A stretch of 64,000 bases of DNA. Origin: Bigelowiella natans CCMP2755. Taxonomy: Eukaryota > Protista > Cercozoa. Positions 1-12,860 of the stretch are shown piece by piece. The notes under the pieces are model-generated. The model ran no database searches. It was not told the origin of the DNA and saw only the letters and a list, made by a program, of their open reading frames with translations. Location of the stretch: contig ADNK01001699.1 of NCBI GenBank assembly GCA_000320545.1, positions 1 to 64,000 of the forward strand, written 5' to 3'. Within the stretch, counting starts at the first letter, position 1, and each line of letters begins with the position of its first letter. The translations under genes and the position numbers were made by a program.

Positions 1-1331
1 ATCGCTGTGGCGGAAGTGTTTCCGGTGATGATGGATGGATACCCAACCAAAGGCATTCCTCCATACAAGCAGCATTGATGCTGCCTGGTAGTATCTAGTG
101 AATATGTAGGAAATTTAGAAAGCATGACAATGTCAGTCTACATAATGCTAGAACTGACAAGGTAACAAGGTGTACACCGCATGCAACATGCATGTCGATC
201 CATGGTCTATCACGTGGCCGTGGCGATGACGAGAATGCACATTGAACTCCTCAATGCACAATCTAGCAATCTAGGAATCTGTGGCGGTGTAGCTCCATCT
301 GCTGCGCACATGAACAGCCAAGATGGTGTTTTGTCTTTGCGCGGGTCCGCTACTTCGGATCTGCACTAGCTGCTACACTGCCAGCGCCATGCACGGCTAG
401 CTGCTAGACAGCTAGTGCCTAGATCATTCTGCCACCATCAATTTGTGGGTCATTGCATCGCATCTTCTTCGTGTTGTTGCCACTCTAGCTAGCTAGCAGA
501 CACCGTGTGCACCAAATCACACGTCATCAATCATGATCGTACTAGTAGCTCATCTAGCCATGCTAGCATGCCAGCTAGAAGGCAAGATCATCAGTTTTGT
601 TACCCACGCTCCACTTTCACTGATGATACTGACACCGCACCATTCCAGTTTTGCAGCAACAGCAACGATGTGTGCACACGCACGACACACACTCACATCA
701 ACGCACATTTGCACTGCCATGGCAATCATCACAACACTCATGCTGAGTGTCGCACGTGCTAGCGTGCAGCCGAGCGTTGTGCCATTTTCGGCCTGTTGTG
801 CAAACCTGCGATGGTTGCCCAATGGCACTGGAGGTGACATCATGCATGTTCTAGACGTTGTTGAACTCGCAAGAAAGAAAGAGAGAAATAAAGAATTGAT
901 TTCGTTCACAGAGCGGTTGAAAGGATTGTGATCGTGAGACACCAGACTCATCCGTGTCCTCCCCAAACCACCACCTTGCAAGCAAAATCGAGGGTGCTTG
1001 CTTCGGAGACCACGCTTTCAAATTTCTTTTTTTTTTGACTACATGTTTCACATTTTTTCAAATTAGCATTCATGTGCACGTCTGACAGTCTGCTTGCTAG
1101 ACGTCATGGCACGTCATCCCTGAATCTCTAGCATCTACCTGCTCCACCATCACTGCCTAGCTAGCACTGTTAGAGGAGAGGAGAAGGTCCGTGTCTTTCA
1201 CGACACCACATGTGCTTTGCACATCACACCTGCTTCTTCACAATGACCGCACGGGATAACATGAAGCTTCCGAGATCGCCCACTGTGCCGATGGCGCGCA
1301 CCTACTCCTGCATGCATCATTTTTTTGGAGC

Positions 1332-2222
1332 TCACGGCGACCGCTTCCGCTTTTTCGAGTTGATGGCGACGACTTCTGCCCCCAACCCCCGCTTCAATTC
1401 CGTGCTTAAGAAGTGCAAATCCCTCAAGTCTCTGTTGAACACCTTGATCCGTCGCTCAATACAATAATGCTTAATGAAGCTTTTGAGTTCATCATCGCTT
1501 GCCAAGTCATAGGGAGTCTCCCCATTTCTGTTCTTGGCCTCAATGTTTGCCTTCATGTCAACCAGGTACTTTACGATCTCCAAATGATCCATTTCGGAAC
1601 TCCAAGCCAACGGAGTGTTACCGAATACTTCTGCCTCAATGTTTGCCTTCATGTCAACCAGGTACTTTACGATCTCCAAATGACCCTCTTTTGAACCCCA
1701 ACCCAACGGAGTGTTCCCATATTCGTCTTTCGCCTCAATGTTTGCCTTCATGTCAACCAGGTACTTTACGATCTCGAAATGACCCTGTCGGGAACCCAAA
1801 ATTAACTGTGTTTCTCCCTCAATGTTTTTCCCCTCAATGTTTGCCTTCATGTCAACCAGGTACTTTGAGATCTCAAAATGACCCTTTATGGAACCCCAAG
1901 CCAACGGAGTCCAGCAACCATATCTCGCCTCAATGTTTGCCTTCATGTCAACCAGGTACTTTACGATCTCCAAATGACCCTTACTCGAACCCCAAATCAA
2001 CGGAGTCCAACCACATTCGCCTTTCGCCTCAATGTTTGCCTTCATGTCAACCAGGTACTTTACGATCTCGAAATGACCCCTTTTGATACCAGCGGTCAAC
2101 GGCGTAATACCGTTCCGACCCCGCTCCTCAACATTTGCGTTTTCCAAAATCAAAGGCTTCAGATAGGGAAGGTCGTTGCTGTGGATTGCTTTGAAGGTGT
2201 TGCTGGAGATGCCAGACGCCAT
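1332..2222 (-). CDS. Ankyrin-repeat protein, intronless (~296 aa from ATG at 2222)
   Basis: Six to seven GxTPLxWxSxxGHxEIVKYLVDMKANIEAK ankyrin repeats. The first ATG in the ORF-track frame gives MASGISSNT. Confidence 0.9.
   Translation of the reverse strand: MASGISSNTFKAIHSNDLPYLKPLILENANVEERGRNGITPLTAGIKRGHFEIVKYLVDMKANIEAKGECGWTPLIWGSSKGHLEIVKYLVDMKANIEARYGCWTPLAWGSIKGHFEISKYLVDMKANIEGKNIEGETQLILGSRQGHFEIVKYLVDMKANIEAKDEYGNTPLGWGSKEGHLEIVKYLVDMKANIEAEVFGNTPLAWSSEMDHLEIVKYLVDMKANIEAKNRNGETPYDLASDDELKSFIKHYCIERRIKVFNRDLRDLHFLSTELKRGLGAEVVAINSKKRKRSP
1538..2075. repeat. Six ~96-99 bp tandem coding repeats (ankyrin units) with a nearly identical ~50 bp core
   Basis: The core cctcaatgtttgccttcatgtcaaccaggtacttt recurs at about 1538, 1634, 1733, 1832, 1928 and 2027. 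Confidence 0.95.
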
Positions 2223-2285
2223 TGCGATTGCCCCATAGATGGTATTCCTGCAGAACAATTTTCGATGGAGGAACTTCGTATTTCA

Positions 2286-2359
2286 TCCTGCGACATGGAT
2301 TTTTCGATGTCGTACTTTCATGCTATTTTGTCCTGCGACATGGATATTTTGATGTCGCA
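2286..2359. promoter_or_regulatory. Two tandem copies (45 bp period) of the palindrome GCGACAT-N10-ATGTCG(C/T) in the ankyrin/DHX35 bidirectional promoter
   Basis: Copies at 2290-2313 and 2335-2358. The same motif and spacing recur at 42448-42471, with variants at 30648-30673 and 30504-30526. The regulatory role is inferred from position. Confidence 0.55.
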
Positions 2360-2502
2360 CTTACTTGCTACTCCGGAAGGTTCGATCACTGGAGGTCGGT
2401 GATTCTTCCGACAAAAGCTGCCCCTCCTCCTCCTCCTCCTCCTCCTCATCCTCGGTGCCCTTCGCCTGCCGGCGTGTCACTTCTGATTCGTGGTGGAAGA
2501 CG

Positions 2503-3611
2503 ATGAAGAAGTTTTGGAAACCAGGGAGCGTTGCACCAGGGGTAGACGTCGAACGAGATGCGAAAGATGGTAAGGAATGCAATTTCCACCTGTACTTCGC
2601 AATGGCTACGTCTGAAATATGGAGATCATGCGTGACAACAAGAGTCGCTAAGACTTTGAATGGCTTTTATGTTTACCAAAATCGATGATAAACCTAACTA
2701 TTACAGGCGATGCCGCATTGATTATCAACAACCCGAGGAGAAACCTGTCATTGAAGCAGCAGGTTTGGCGACGTTCTCTGAAACGTTCTCTGGCTGTTGT
2801 TTAAAGAACCATCTTTCCCTTCTTGTCAATCATGCTGCGTCATTTCATTTGTAAAAACCGTGGTAACAAGTAATGGTTAAATTCACCATCCTCCTTTCAG
2901 CGCATTCTTCTTCCCATATACGGCAGCAGAAGGCAAATTCTGTAAGTAGAAATCACTCCGACAGGACGCATATGTTTTCCATCGCGCTTTAATATTCTCT
3001 AACACTACCATTCTATCACGGAAATAGGTGGGCATTGGAGAAGTATCGAACGGTGATTATCGTTGGAGAAACCGGATCGGGGAAAACCACACAGGTGAAT
3101 TCAGGAATTAAACGAAAAGGCAGGATTTGAGAGAGAGCGGAGGAGGAGGAGGAGGAGGAGGAGGAGGAGGAGGAGGAGGAGGAGGAGGAGGAGGAGGAGG
3201 AGGAGGAGGAGGAAGAAATGATAGATGGGAGGAGGGCAAGAAAGAGAGAAATCGGAGGAGGGTGATGAATCACGACATATTGTTCTTTGAGCAGATTCCT
3301 CAATACTTGCACGAAGCTGGGTGGACGGCTGGAAATAGATCCGTCGTATGCACGCAACCTAGGTACTAAATACTGATCATAACTCTTTTGTAGAACAAAT
3401 CTCCACCCCCACCACCACCTCCACACGTGTGGGAACAATCCTTCCAACTCGCTGCTTCCTCATCTTGATCATGATCAATGCTGCATCACAATCAACACCA
3501 TCACTAATTTATCAGGAGAATCGCTGCGACAACTGTCGCTGCTCGTGTTGCGGCAGAAATGAATGTCGAGCTAGGTGTGTGTGTGTGTGTGTGTGTGCGT
3601 GTGTGAATATA

Positions 3612-3647
<36 letters not shown>

Positions 3648-3731
3648 CGGGCTGATGGATTGGGTCTGATGCCACATAGCGTGTAATATGGGCAGAATCG
3701 TGTACATATCACACTCCTCCCGGACATTTCG

Positions 3732-3775
<44 letters not shown>

Positions 3776-4613
3776 TATTTAATCAGGGGCGGAGGTAGGC
3801 TACAGCATCCGTTTCGATGACAACTCGACCCCGCTGAGGACCAAGGTACTACGAGATGTTGTAAGAAAGAAGAAGAAGAAGAAGAAGAAGGGCTTTTGCT
3901 CTATGTGGGGAAGAATATGGGGACGATGGATGCGTGATGATTCGATACACACCGCTCCTACAGTGGGTGCTGCTGCCTTTTTTCTTCCCTTCTGATAGAT
4001 AGCAGCCTTTTCACGCTCAGGCAGTGTTCCCCCGGGTTTGGGGGGGGGGGGGGAGAGGGTAATTCAGAAATAAGCTGAAGATGACTTTCTTATGATTCTC
4101 AACAAGCCAAGTCCTGAGAAATAACACGCAAATGATGATAATGATGATAATGATGATAATGATAATGCTGTCTTAGTGCCTGAAATCCAACGCACTCGTT
4201 TGACCACAACCGTTCTCCAGCTCAAGGTAAAGCTGCTGCTGCTGCTGCTAAGATTGCTGATATGATGATGTACATGCCCTTTCTTCCTAGTGAGGACGGA
4301 TTGCAAATCGATTCTTAAATATTATACCTAATAACCAAATCGTTAGCTTTTTACTACTACTACTACTATTATTACTACAACAGCAGCATCATCAGCTGCA
4401 TTTTGTGCTGTACTTTCATGAGATCGAAGAAGAATATACTCCTCTTAGTATTAAACATAATTCGCAGGCTCTTGGGATCTCAGATATCGTAAATTTCCCG
4501 TTCTTATCGTCCCCCCCCGCTGCGTTGTTGGAGGATGCGCTTGAGCTGCTTTATGCCTGCAATGCCCTCGATAGGCACGGGAGGTAATAAACAAGGAATT
4601 TTGTTCAGTTTTC

Positions 4614-4655
<42 letters not shown>

Positions 4656-4983
4656 TAAGCACAGACAACTAGTGTGACCGTGCAGGCTCTGAATACAGCC
4701 ATGTCATCATATCTGCTGCTGCATAACATTCGTCTCCTCCCCCCTCCCCCTCCTCATTCCCCCTCCTCCCTCGTCCAGGCTGACGACTCCTATCGGCGAG
4801 CAATTGGCCCTTCTTCCAATCGATCCAATGCTAGGCCGCATGCTAATCGCCTCTGGAGAACTCAAATGCACCGAGCAAGTAGTAGTTGTAGTTGTAGTAG
4901 TAGAAGTAGTAGAAGTAGTAGTCGTCATCGTTGCAGTAGTAGTAGTGGTGGTGGTGCCAACAAAACAAGCATTTGCATCCAGC

Positions 4984-5017
<34 letters not shown>

Positions 5018-5975
5018 TGATGATGATGATGCGACATGACCATACATGCCACGTTCGCACTCGAGCTCGTCTTAGCCATAGTTAAAATGGCCGATGATGC
5101 TCCTCCTCCTCCTCCTCCACACACATTACTACTGACTACTACTACTACTACTACTACTACTATCTCGTCTTGTGTCTACTATTTGTAGGCCCTGTCCATT
5201 GCCGCTATGCTCTCAGTGCGATCGGTGTTCCACATACCCAGATATCACAAGAACGTACTATTATTTATTATTGAAAGAAGAGAAGATTAGAGGAGGGACG
5301 AAGAGGAGGTTTTTTTTTGGGGGGGGGGTGGGTATGGTATTGTGAAAGAGTTGTACATACGATAGTACGCATTGGCAGTAGTAATTCGATAGAAGTGACG
5401 ATGTCTGTCTGAATCGCTAATGACGTTGTCTAAGATCGGAGGATGATGATATTAAACGTCGTCTTTTTCCCTTTGCGGATTGTGACTTTTTCCTATTCTC
5501 ATTCGACTTGTTTGCCCGTTTCGTCTCCCCCACCAACTAACTTTCCTTCTCTTCCCTCTGCCCCCCCCCCTCTCCAGGACGCATACCGTGCACATAGAGA
5601 GCTGCAAATGCGGGAGGGGGACCACCTCACTCTCTTGAACGTGTAAGATCCAATCGAAACTACAACTATTGCTGCTGCTGCTACTACTACTACTACTACT
5701 ACTGCATGCCGTTTGTATCTCTATGGGTTATCACTGTGTATTATCGTTATGTTTATGATCGCTTTCTGTTGGTTATATCCCGTCGTTGCGTGGAGACCCT
5801 TCCCTCCTATCCTTGATACGCAACAAGAAGTTACCCTATATCCGTGTGATCGTGATTGTCATCGTCATCGTCATCGTGTCCACCGTCGCATGCATCTACA
5901 CACCGCTCACTCATCATCATCCATTCTAAAGATACAATTCGTTCTTGGAGAACGGCAAGGATCCTGAATGGTAGT

Positions 5976-6011
<36 letters not shown>

Positions 6012-8030
6012 GAGGAGGAGGAGGAGGAGGAGGAGGAGGAGGAGAGGGGGGGGTACCCTGTTAGTTGATGAGAATACGAGCATAATCATAATACATTACC
6101 CACGTACATCTACATCAGGTGTCACGAATACCACCTGAAATATGCTGCTCTGCGGAGAGCAAATGAAATCAGAAGGCAGCTCAGGTATGATGCTGCTGCT
6201 GGGAAAGGGGTGGGGGAAAGGGGGAAGGGAGGGAGGAGTATAGGTGAGACAAAAAAAAGATAAGAATAGGTTGTGGAGAATCGTGATTCAATCAATTGGC
6301 CGATAATGGCATTCATGTAGATAACTTAGAAATTACTTGTTTCTCTTCCTTCTCCTCCTCCTCCTCCTCCTCCTCTTCTATTTAGGCGCCTCGTGAAGAG
6401 AATCGGTATACCCATCCACGAGCTCGACGAAGACTCCGACGAGAGCTCCGTAACGCTAATAAAGTGTATTCTGCACGGGTAGTAGCAGTAGCAGCGGCAC
6501 CAACAGTGTTATTAGTATTATTATTATTATTAGTAGTAGTAGTAGTAGTAGTAGTGATAGAAGGCAGCTGTAGATCAAGCACACTAGGTCAGGGCAAAGC
6601 AAAGCTTAATCTTTGTCCCTCAATTAGCGAAGTAGGAGAGATTGCATGGCTGGTAGTCAGGCCTTCATCGTTCATCCTCTCCTCCCCATCGATACAAGCT
6701 TCACTCTCTTGTATTAATGATCGTGTGCTTATGTTGGCTGGTTTCTACTACTACTATACCAACAACAGTTTTTTCCCGCATGTAGCTCAGCTCACAAACG
6801 ATGGGGTAAGAAGGAAGTCACGCACCTATCCTCTTCCTATCAGTCGACTCCTTACATAATAACGATGTATGGTAGAGGAGGATTAGCTTTCTCTGCCACT
6901 ACAACGGAGAGAGAAACAGCAATGAGTTATTATGATGCCGTTAGGGCACAGGGATTTTATTAAGCTGTTGTTCAATCAGTAGCCTATTATTGAAAGCGTC
7001 ACCATCATCATCATCATCATCATCATCATTATCCTCTCTTCACGTTGCCGTCATTGCTTATCTGCTGCTGCTGCTGCTGCTTCCTTTTGTAAGGTGTACG
7101 TCACAGTGCGCAATGGTCAAAGACTTACTCCGGCGAGAGGGTTGACTCCTTTAATCTTCTTCTTCTACTACTGCTATCTAAATACTGCTTCCTTCTGTTA
7201 TCTTGTCACATCATATAACTGAGCAGATCGGTGCTATATGGCGCTGGTCATCGATGGGTTATGTACAATGAAGTCGTGGAGACAACGGCAGGAAAGCAAA
7301 TGAGAGAAGTAAGCGCTGCTTTTTGCCGTTGCATTTGAATAGCAGGGAGGAGGGGTTTGCCTACCTAGCTGCAGCACCACAAAGGCTTATTTTTCACATT
7401 TCCCCTCGCTCCTCCCATTCTGCCCTGCGTCATTCCTGATGGGGTTGTTGACTTAGAAGTCCATCAGCAAATATTGCTCACTCGTGGATCATCATCATCA
7501 TCTTCATCATCACCATCATCACCATCCTTGGTTTTTTTTTTATGATGCGGTAGATCACGGCCATTCAGCCCTCTTGGATGACAGACGTAGCCCCCCATTT
7601 CTACAAGTAATAAGGAGGAGGAGAAGGAGGAGGAGGAGGAGGAGGAGGGGGGTGTCTTATCTTCAACCAACAACACATTACACCGCAACTACTATGTATT
7701 TATTTGCAAGCATGCATGCAAATATTTTCCCAGCTGCTCTTTTCCTCTTTCCTTGCTATATACACGTCCTCTGAGGCGTATTAGATAGGCGTTTGTTGTT
7801 TTCTTCCGCAGTAGTCTCTTACTACTGCGCTTTTGCGTTCACTCTTTCGCATTCAAAGTCCAAATGAGAAAGGTATCATCAATCCTGAATCTAAGCATGA
7901 ATTACTTTATCCGCTTATCACCGTTGCCAGGTATACCGGTGTCGACAATGACGATGGTGGAGAGAAAAAGAAAAGAACTGATAACAGCACCAGCGATAAG
8001 GACAGAAAGAAGGTACGGAGGCTCTTCTAG
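2503..8030 (+). CDS. DHX35: DEAH-box RNA helicase, DHX35-like (multi-exon; central helicase core absent from this sequence)
   Basis: Exons give MKKFWKPG, IIVGETGSGKTTQIPQYLHEAGW, CTQPRRIAATTVAARVAAEM, EVGYSIRFDD, then VPEIQRTRLTTTVLQLK, ALGISDIVNFPFLSSPP, LPIDPMLGRMLIASG, EGDHLTLLNVY and WMTDVAPHFYK; stop at 8030. The N-terminal FWKPG is typical of DHX35/DEAH9. Confidence 0.85.
3138..3213. repeat. (GGA)n microsatellite in an intron
   Basis: About 25 consecutive GGA units. It is representative of dozens of intronic (TA)n, (GT)n, (GA)n, (ATC)n, (CTA)n and (GGA)n tracts in the window. Confidence 0.95.
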
Positions 8031-8540
8031 GAAGCCATCACGCACTGTGTATGCATACTGCACCGGCAGCATGCGCTGTCAAGGGAATCACGAGGATGCC
8101 TCTGGCCATGATACTTCAGTCTTTCACGCCTAAGCATAGCGAGAACACCTACTTGCATCTAAGCTGATGTCATTTGCAATGTAGAATGCGATGAATTTCG
8201 TTGACAAGGAATAACGCACAGTTCCCGACTACGCTGTGGGCAACAGAGCGTTTCTGCGCGCCTTATAGCTATATAGTAGCAGCAAAATACTGCCAATATC
8301 GATCATGATGATCATGGGTGCGCGCATGCTCACATGTTGGCGGAGTAGTACGTACTATGGGCTCACCATTAAAAACATTATATCTGCCTGATTACACGCG
8401 TTCGCTGTCAAGTTGTGTTGCAATATATATCTTTGTTGCGTTGATTGCGCCTTATTAAGTAAGAATAATACGTACGAGTCTGCGATATAATAAGTGAAAA
8501 CAAACAAAACGACTAGATAGGCTCATTATTACTGCTTTAT

Positions 8541-10251
8541 TTATTGGTTTTTAGTGTGTTTGGACTTCGGCTGGAAAAATGCATGTATTCCTTTCTTCCT
8601 CTTCTGGGAACATCTTTCCTCGACTCTGCTACTGCTGTTGCGTTGGGTATTTTCGCGCCCTGTGACCGGCGCTGCTATAGCTTTGGTTGTTTTTGGTCGA
8701 AAAAATGAATCCAATCGAAGCTGCTTCTTGTGCGGCTGACATTTGCGGGTACTTTTATCGAATTTCGTCTTCGTGTCCGCAGGTGGCTTTGACTTTAGGG
8801 ATGATGATGATGATGATGATGAGGAATTGCCCTGAAACATCAAAAAATAAAAAATAAATAAAAAAAAGCCAAAAAACGATATTCGCCCAAGAATGAACCC
8901 CGTAGGCAGCTATTCGGTCGTTGTACCTGCTCTCCTCCATCGTTTCTGCTGCTGCTGTCGCAAATCCGAAGTAGTAAGCTCACTCCGATGTGATCGGAAT
9001 ATTGGGGAGGGGTGTAGATAATCCCGGTGTGGGGACGGCAAAATTGAGTGTCGTAGTCACTGTAATATCATTCGCAGAGCAGCTAAGACAGCTTATTTGG
9101 GAAACCAGAGATATTGTATACTGAATGCTGCTAATAAGGCTGATCCCCACCTTTGAGTCCCGTCGGGCAATCCCCCCCCTGCGAAAGGCGCCATTCTCCA
9201 TCGGCCATATGCCTAGGTTGATGGGGGTGTGCACAGTATTGAGAGAGGAATAACAAGGTATCTGATCTTATTTTGTTAAAAGGGTATCTCTCTACATGCT
9301 GGCTATATGGCCGGCCTATTGGAAGAAAGATCCTTCCTCCTTATTATGCTTAATTATCACTCGTTTTTGGTATTATCACACACCGTGCAAGCATCGAGAG
9401 CGTGCTTTTCTTCCTCCCTTACGCAAGAAGAGGAAGAGGAAGAAGAAGAAGAGAAGGAGGAGGAGGCTGCTGACTTAAGACTGTACACCTTCCCTTCATC
9501 TTTCCGCATCACACCTTCTTTACACTTTTTGTGCTGTTTTTGATTGTGCTCTCTAACCTCCTTCCCCACCATGTCTTTCACTTCTTCATTGCAGATAGTA
9601 TCAGCAAGTAACTTGCTATCGAGAGCATCTTCTTCTTCTTGTTCTGCTGCTGCTGCTGCTACTGCATCGTCGCACGAGGAAAAAGGCGTCGTATTTAGTT
9701 GATTTGTAGAAGGGGCAGTACTAGTAGTAGCAATATTATTATTACTATTACTATTAGTAGAAGTAGCAATAGTAGCAGTGGTAGTAGTGGAGGCAGGAGC
9801 GGTGCGAGGAGGAGGAGGAGTTCCATATAAGCTCGGGCCAGTGACAACAATTCCCTTTTCCCACAGAGATTGATCCACGAAGATGTAATCTATGCGTGCT
9901 CCTTGGTTTTGGTACCGACCGTTTTTATACTGAAAGAGAAACGAGAACAAGCAAATGATCCTTACTTGATATGCGTAAATCATCATCATCATCATCATCG
10001 TCATCATCGTTGTCAAGCAATAACCCTCTCCATATCGTCTTTACCTGATCCCAGCATGTGTACCGTCCTCGTGCATGCGGCCTTAATGCTGCAAAAGAGT
10101 CTACCATTTTATCCACGCGCATGATGCTATTCATCCTATATTAGTCGATACCAGGCAGTGGAAAGCATAAATATGATGATATGGCAAGAACAGCTCGATG
10201 ACTACGATTACGATAAAGATGCGTGGCTGTTGATCGATGATGATAGTGAAA

Positions 10252-10285
<34 letters not shown>

Positions 10286-11131
10286 CCATTGCAAACAGCA
10301 CGGGCTGCTTCTTGGTATTGAGTGGTGCTCCGAAATTTCCTGATAACAAACATATCATATTTCAATGATCGACAACAATCAGCTGTGTGCTAGTGAGCAG
10401 ATTCTGCCTGCGATATAAGAGCTAGAGGATCAACCGCTACTTGTGTAACGCCAATGCTACTTGCTGTTTTCCCATACATAAGTCATCTTGCTTTTCTTTC
10501 GAGGGGCTATATCCTCGCTACTACATTGCTACTATGTAACACTACTAAGACCTTCATCATCTGCATTGTACTACTACTGCTGCTACTACTACTATTAGTA
10601 CTACTTATCTCCACAGTAGTACCCGAAGCAAGGCTTCAGACCATTTCTTGCCAGTAATTACCCGCACGCACTCGGCCAATTGATCCACTCTATATTTAGA
10701 GAATACATCATTTCTTCTTCCACCTTTCCCTCTTCTTCTTCCTCTTGTTCTTCGTCTCCACCATCACCACCACCACTGCTACTCACATACATGAGATCTA
10801 GTAGTACCTTATTTGATTTGGAGGGCGAGCAATGTACTAACAAGATGCAATCACCATAATCGTCATCATCATCTTCATCTTCATCATCATACGTTCACCA
10901 TATCGTTGTATATCGTACTTCGTGCATGCATTCGTCCATATACTCATCATCCATCATACAACACGCGTATGCGACAGCGCTCTTACCAAAAGAGCTCTAC
11001 CTTGACATTCTCAAGTCCTCCCCCATCTCCTTCATTTGATGCTACGGTTCTCTCCGTCACCGAGTAGTCGTCGTATGCGCCTGATGAGCAGGAAAATAAA
11101 AATAGAAGCGCGGAAGTGAGAATAATAATGT

Positions 11132-11164
<33 letters not shown>

Positions 11165-12829
11165 CCACACAGAATGCTATTCTACGGTCATTGCCATCTG
11201 CTTAGAAACTTTTGCAAACTCATTTTATCGCTGCTGCTGGCCAAGTACTCTCCACAGCAGCAGCAGCAGTAGCAGCACCTTTTGCCTGACCCTCCGACTC
11301 GAATGGGCGTCCAAGAAACACATCTTTCCCGTCAGCCCCTTTAACAACTACTCGCCACTGAAAGAAGAAGAAGAAGATGATGATGATGATGATGATGATG
11401 AAGTGGTGCTTACGTTGACCGTAGCCAATGGATTTATGGTCGAAGAATGAATAGAAACGAAGAAAGAGAAGGAGGAGGAGGAGGAGGAGGACAATGAGAA
11501 GATCAAATGCAGAACTATAATGTCGGGTGGGTGGCAAATGCAGTAGCAGAATAAACGATTCCTCGTTCATTGCTTTGGCTTCATAATGTTCACATGCGGA
11601 CTGCACGATGCCAAACCACCCCCCCACCCTCCCTCTTTCCTTCCCCCCTTCACTGAGCGACTAGCACGGGCACACTATTGCACTTGTTCTCCTTTCCCCC
11701 CCCCCCAATACCTTTTCAATGCTTCTGTTTTGGGAGGATGCTTTGACCTTACACTTTCGAAATTGGCGCTGCGACAACGCACTACGGACCTTCTCCCAGC
11801 CGCCATCCTTGCGAAAAGGAAGAGGAAGGGGAGGAAGGGGAGGAGAGGAGAAAGAAGCAGCGGTAACCATCATCATCATCGTTGCGATTGAAGTATATTC
11901 AGACACACGAATAGGCGGTGATGATCATCATAACTACACAACAACAAAGCAGTAGTCTTGATCTCAGTAGAAAGCGGCGATTAACCTGCAAAAAACGGCG
12001 AGCTTCTTCAAAGAGCTCTTGAGGAGACATCGTCGTAGCGTTAGCATCATCATCCGTTTCAGTTGTTGTTGTTGTTGTTTTTGGATGTTGTGGCGGAGTA
12101 AGCCTCATCAGCGTGGTAACATCTACCATGCGTCTTTTCCAATGACAGTCCTACCAGTTATTCAGTAGAAGAAGTAGTGGTATAATTTAGCAGATGTGTT
12201 TATTATCACCAACCTCCTCTCCTCCCATGAATCATCGTCATCTTGCCATCAGTACTACCACCTTTCCTGAGAACATTTGATGCTACGGCTGGAGCACCCT
12301 GCTCCTTCGCTTCTCTCTCTCTCTCTCCTCCCCCCCCCCTTCTGAGAACACATGCCGCGTACGTATGGACAACTACCAGGTGCCGTCTCTGAATATTTAA
12401 ATCCCCTGCCAAGATTACCCGTCGCCCAAGAGCTCTCTCACGCTTCGTTGAAACAACAAATACATGAATAAATAATATTGAGTGTTGTTGGTTGTGGTGT
12501 ACGGGTCTTGTTTGCGTTAGCATGAGCACCAGCAGCATTGTTCATCATGTAGAATGAAGAAGAGCTGCGATTGACGCAACAATAATGTATTCAAGACCTC
12601 ATGATTGAGGTTATCATTCCCTTCATCATCATCATCATCATCATTATAAGTCCATTCTTCCTACTGCTAAATCTTCCTTTATTACCTGCATTGCTTGCCT
12701 AAGAGCTTCTAAAAACCTCATTTTCAGTGGAAGTGCCCTTGACCATGGCCCATCGTTTGGAGTGTATATATTGAAAAGCTAATTTGTTAGCGTTTGAGGG
12801 GAAAGGATTGCACACTCATTGCTTCGAAT

Positions 12830-12860
<31 letters not shown>

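Noticed and set aside
181-1330. Overlapping His/Cys/Met-rich ORFs (505..762, 533..931, 550..981) and similar ones at 26238-27055, 33180-33604, 43419-44625, 47261-47943 and 51947-53330
   Set aside because: Loss of TpA removes TAA and most TAG stops, which inflates ORF length in all frames. They show no domain motifs or splice structure.
3016-3447. Poly-S/G/L/I/V/H/YI/CV ORFs throughout the window
   Set aside because: They are translations of intronic microsatellites or antisense shadows of real exons.
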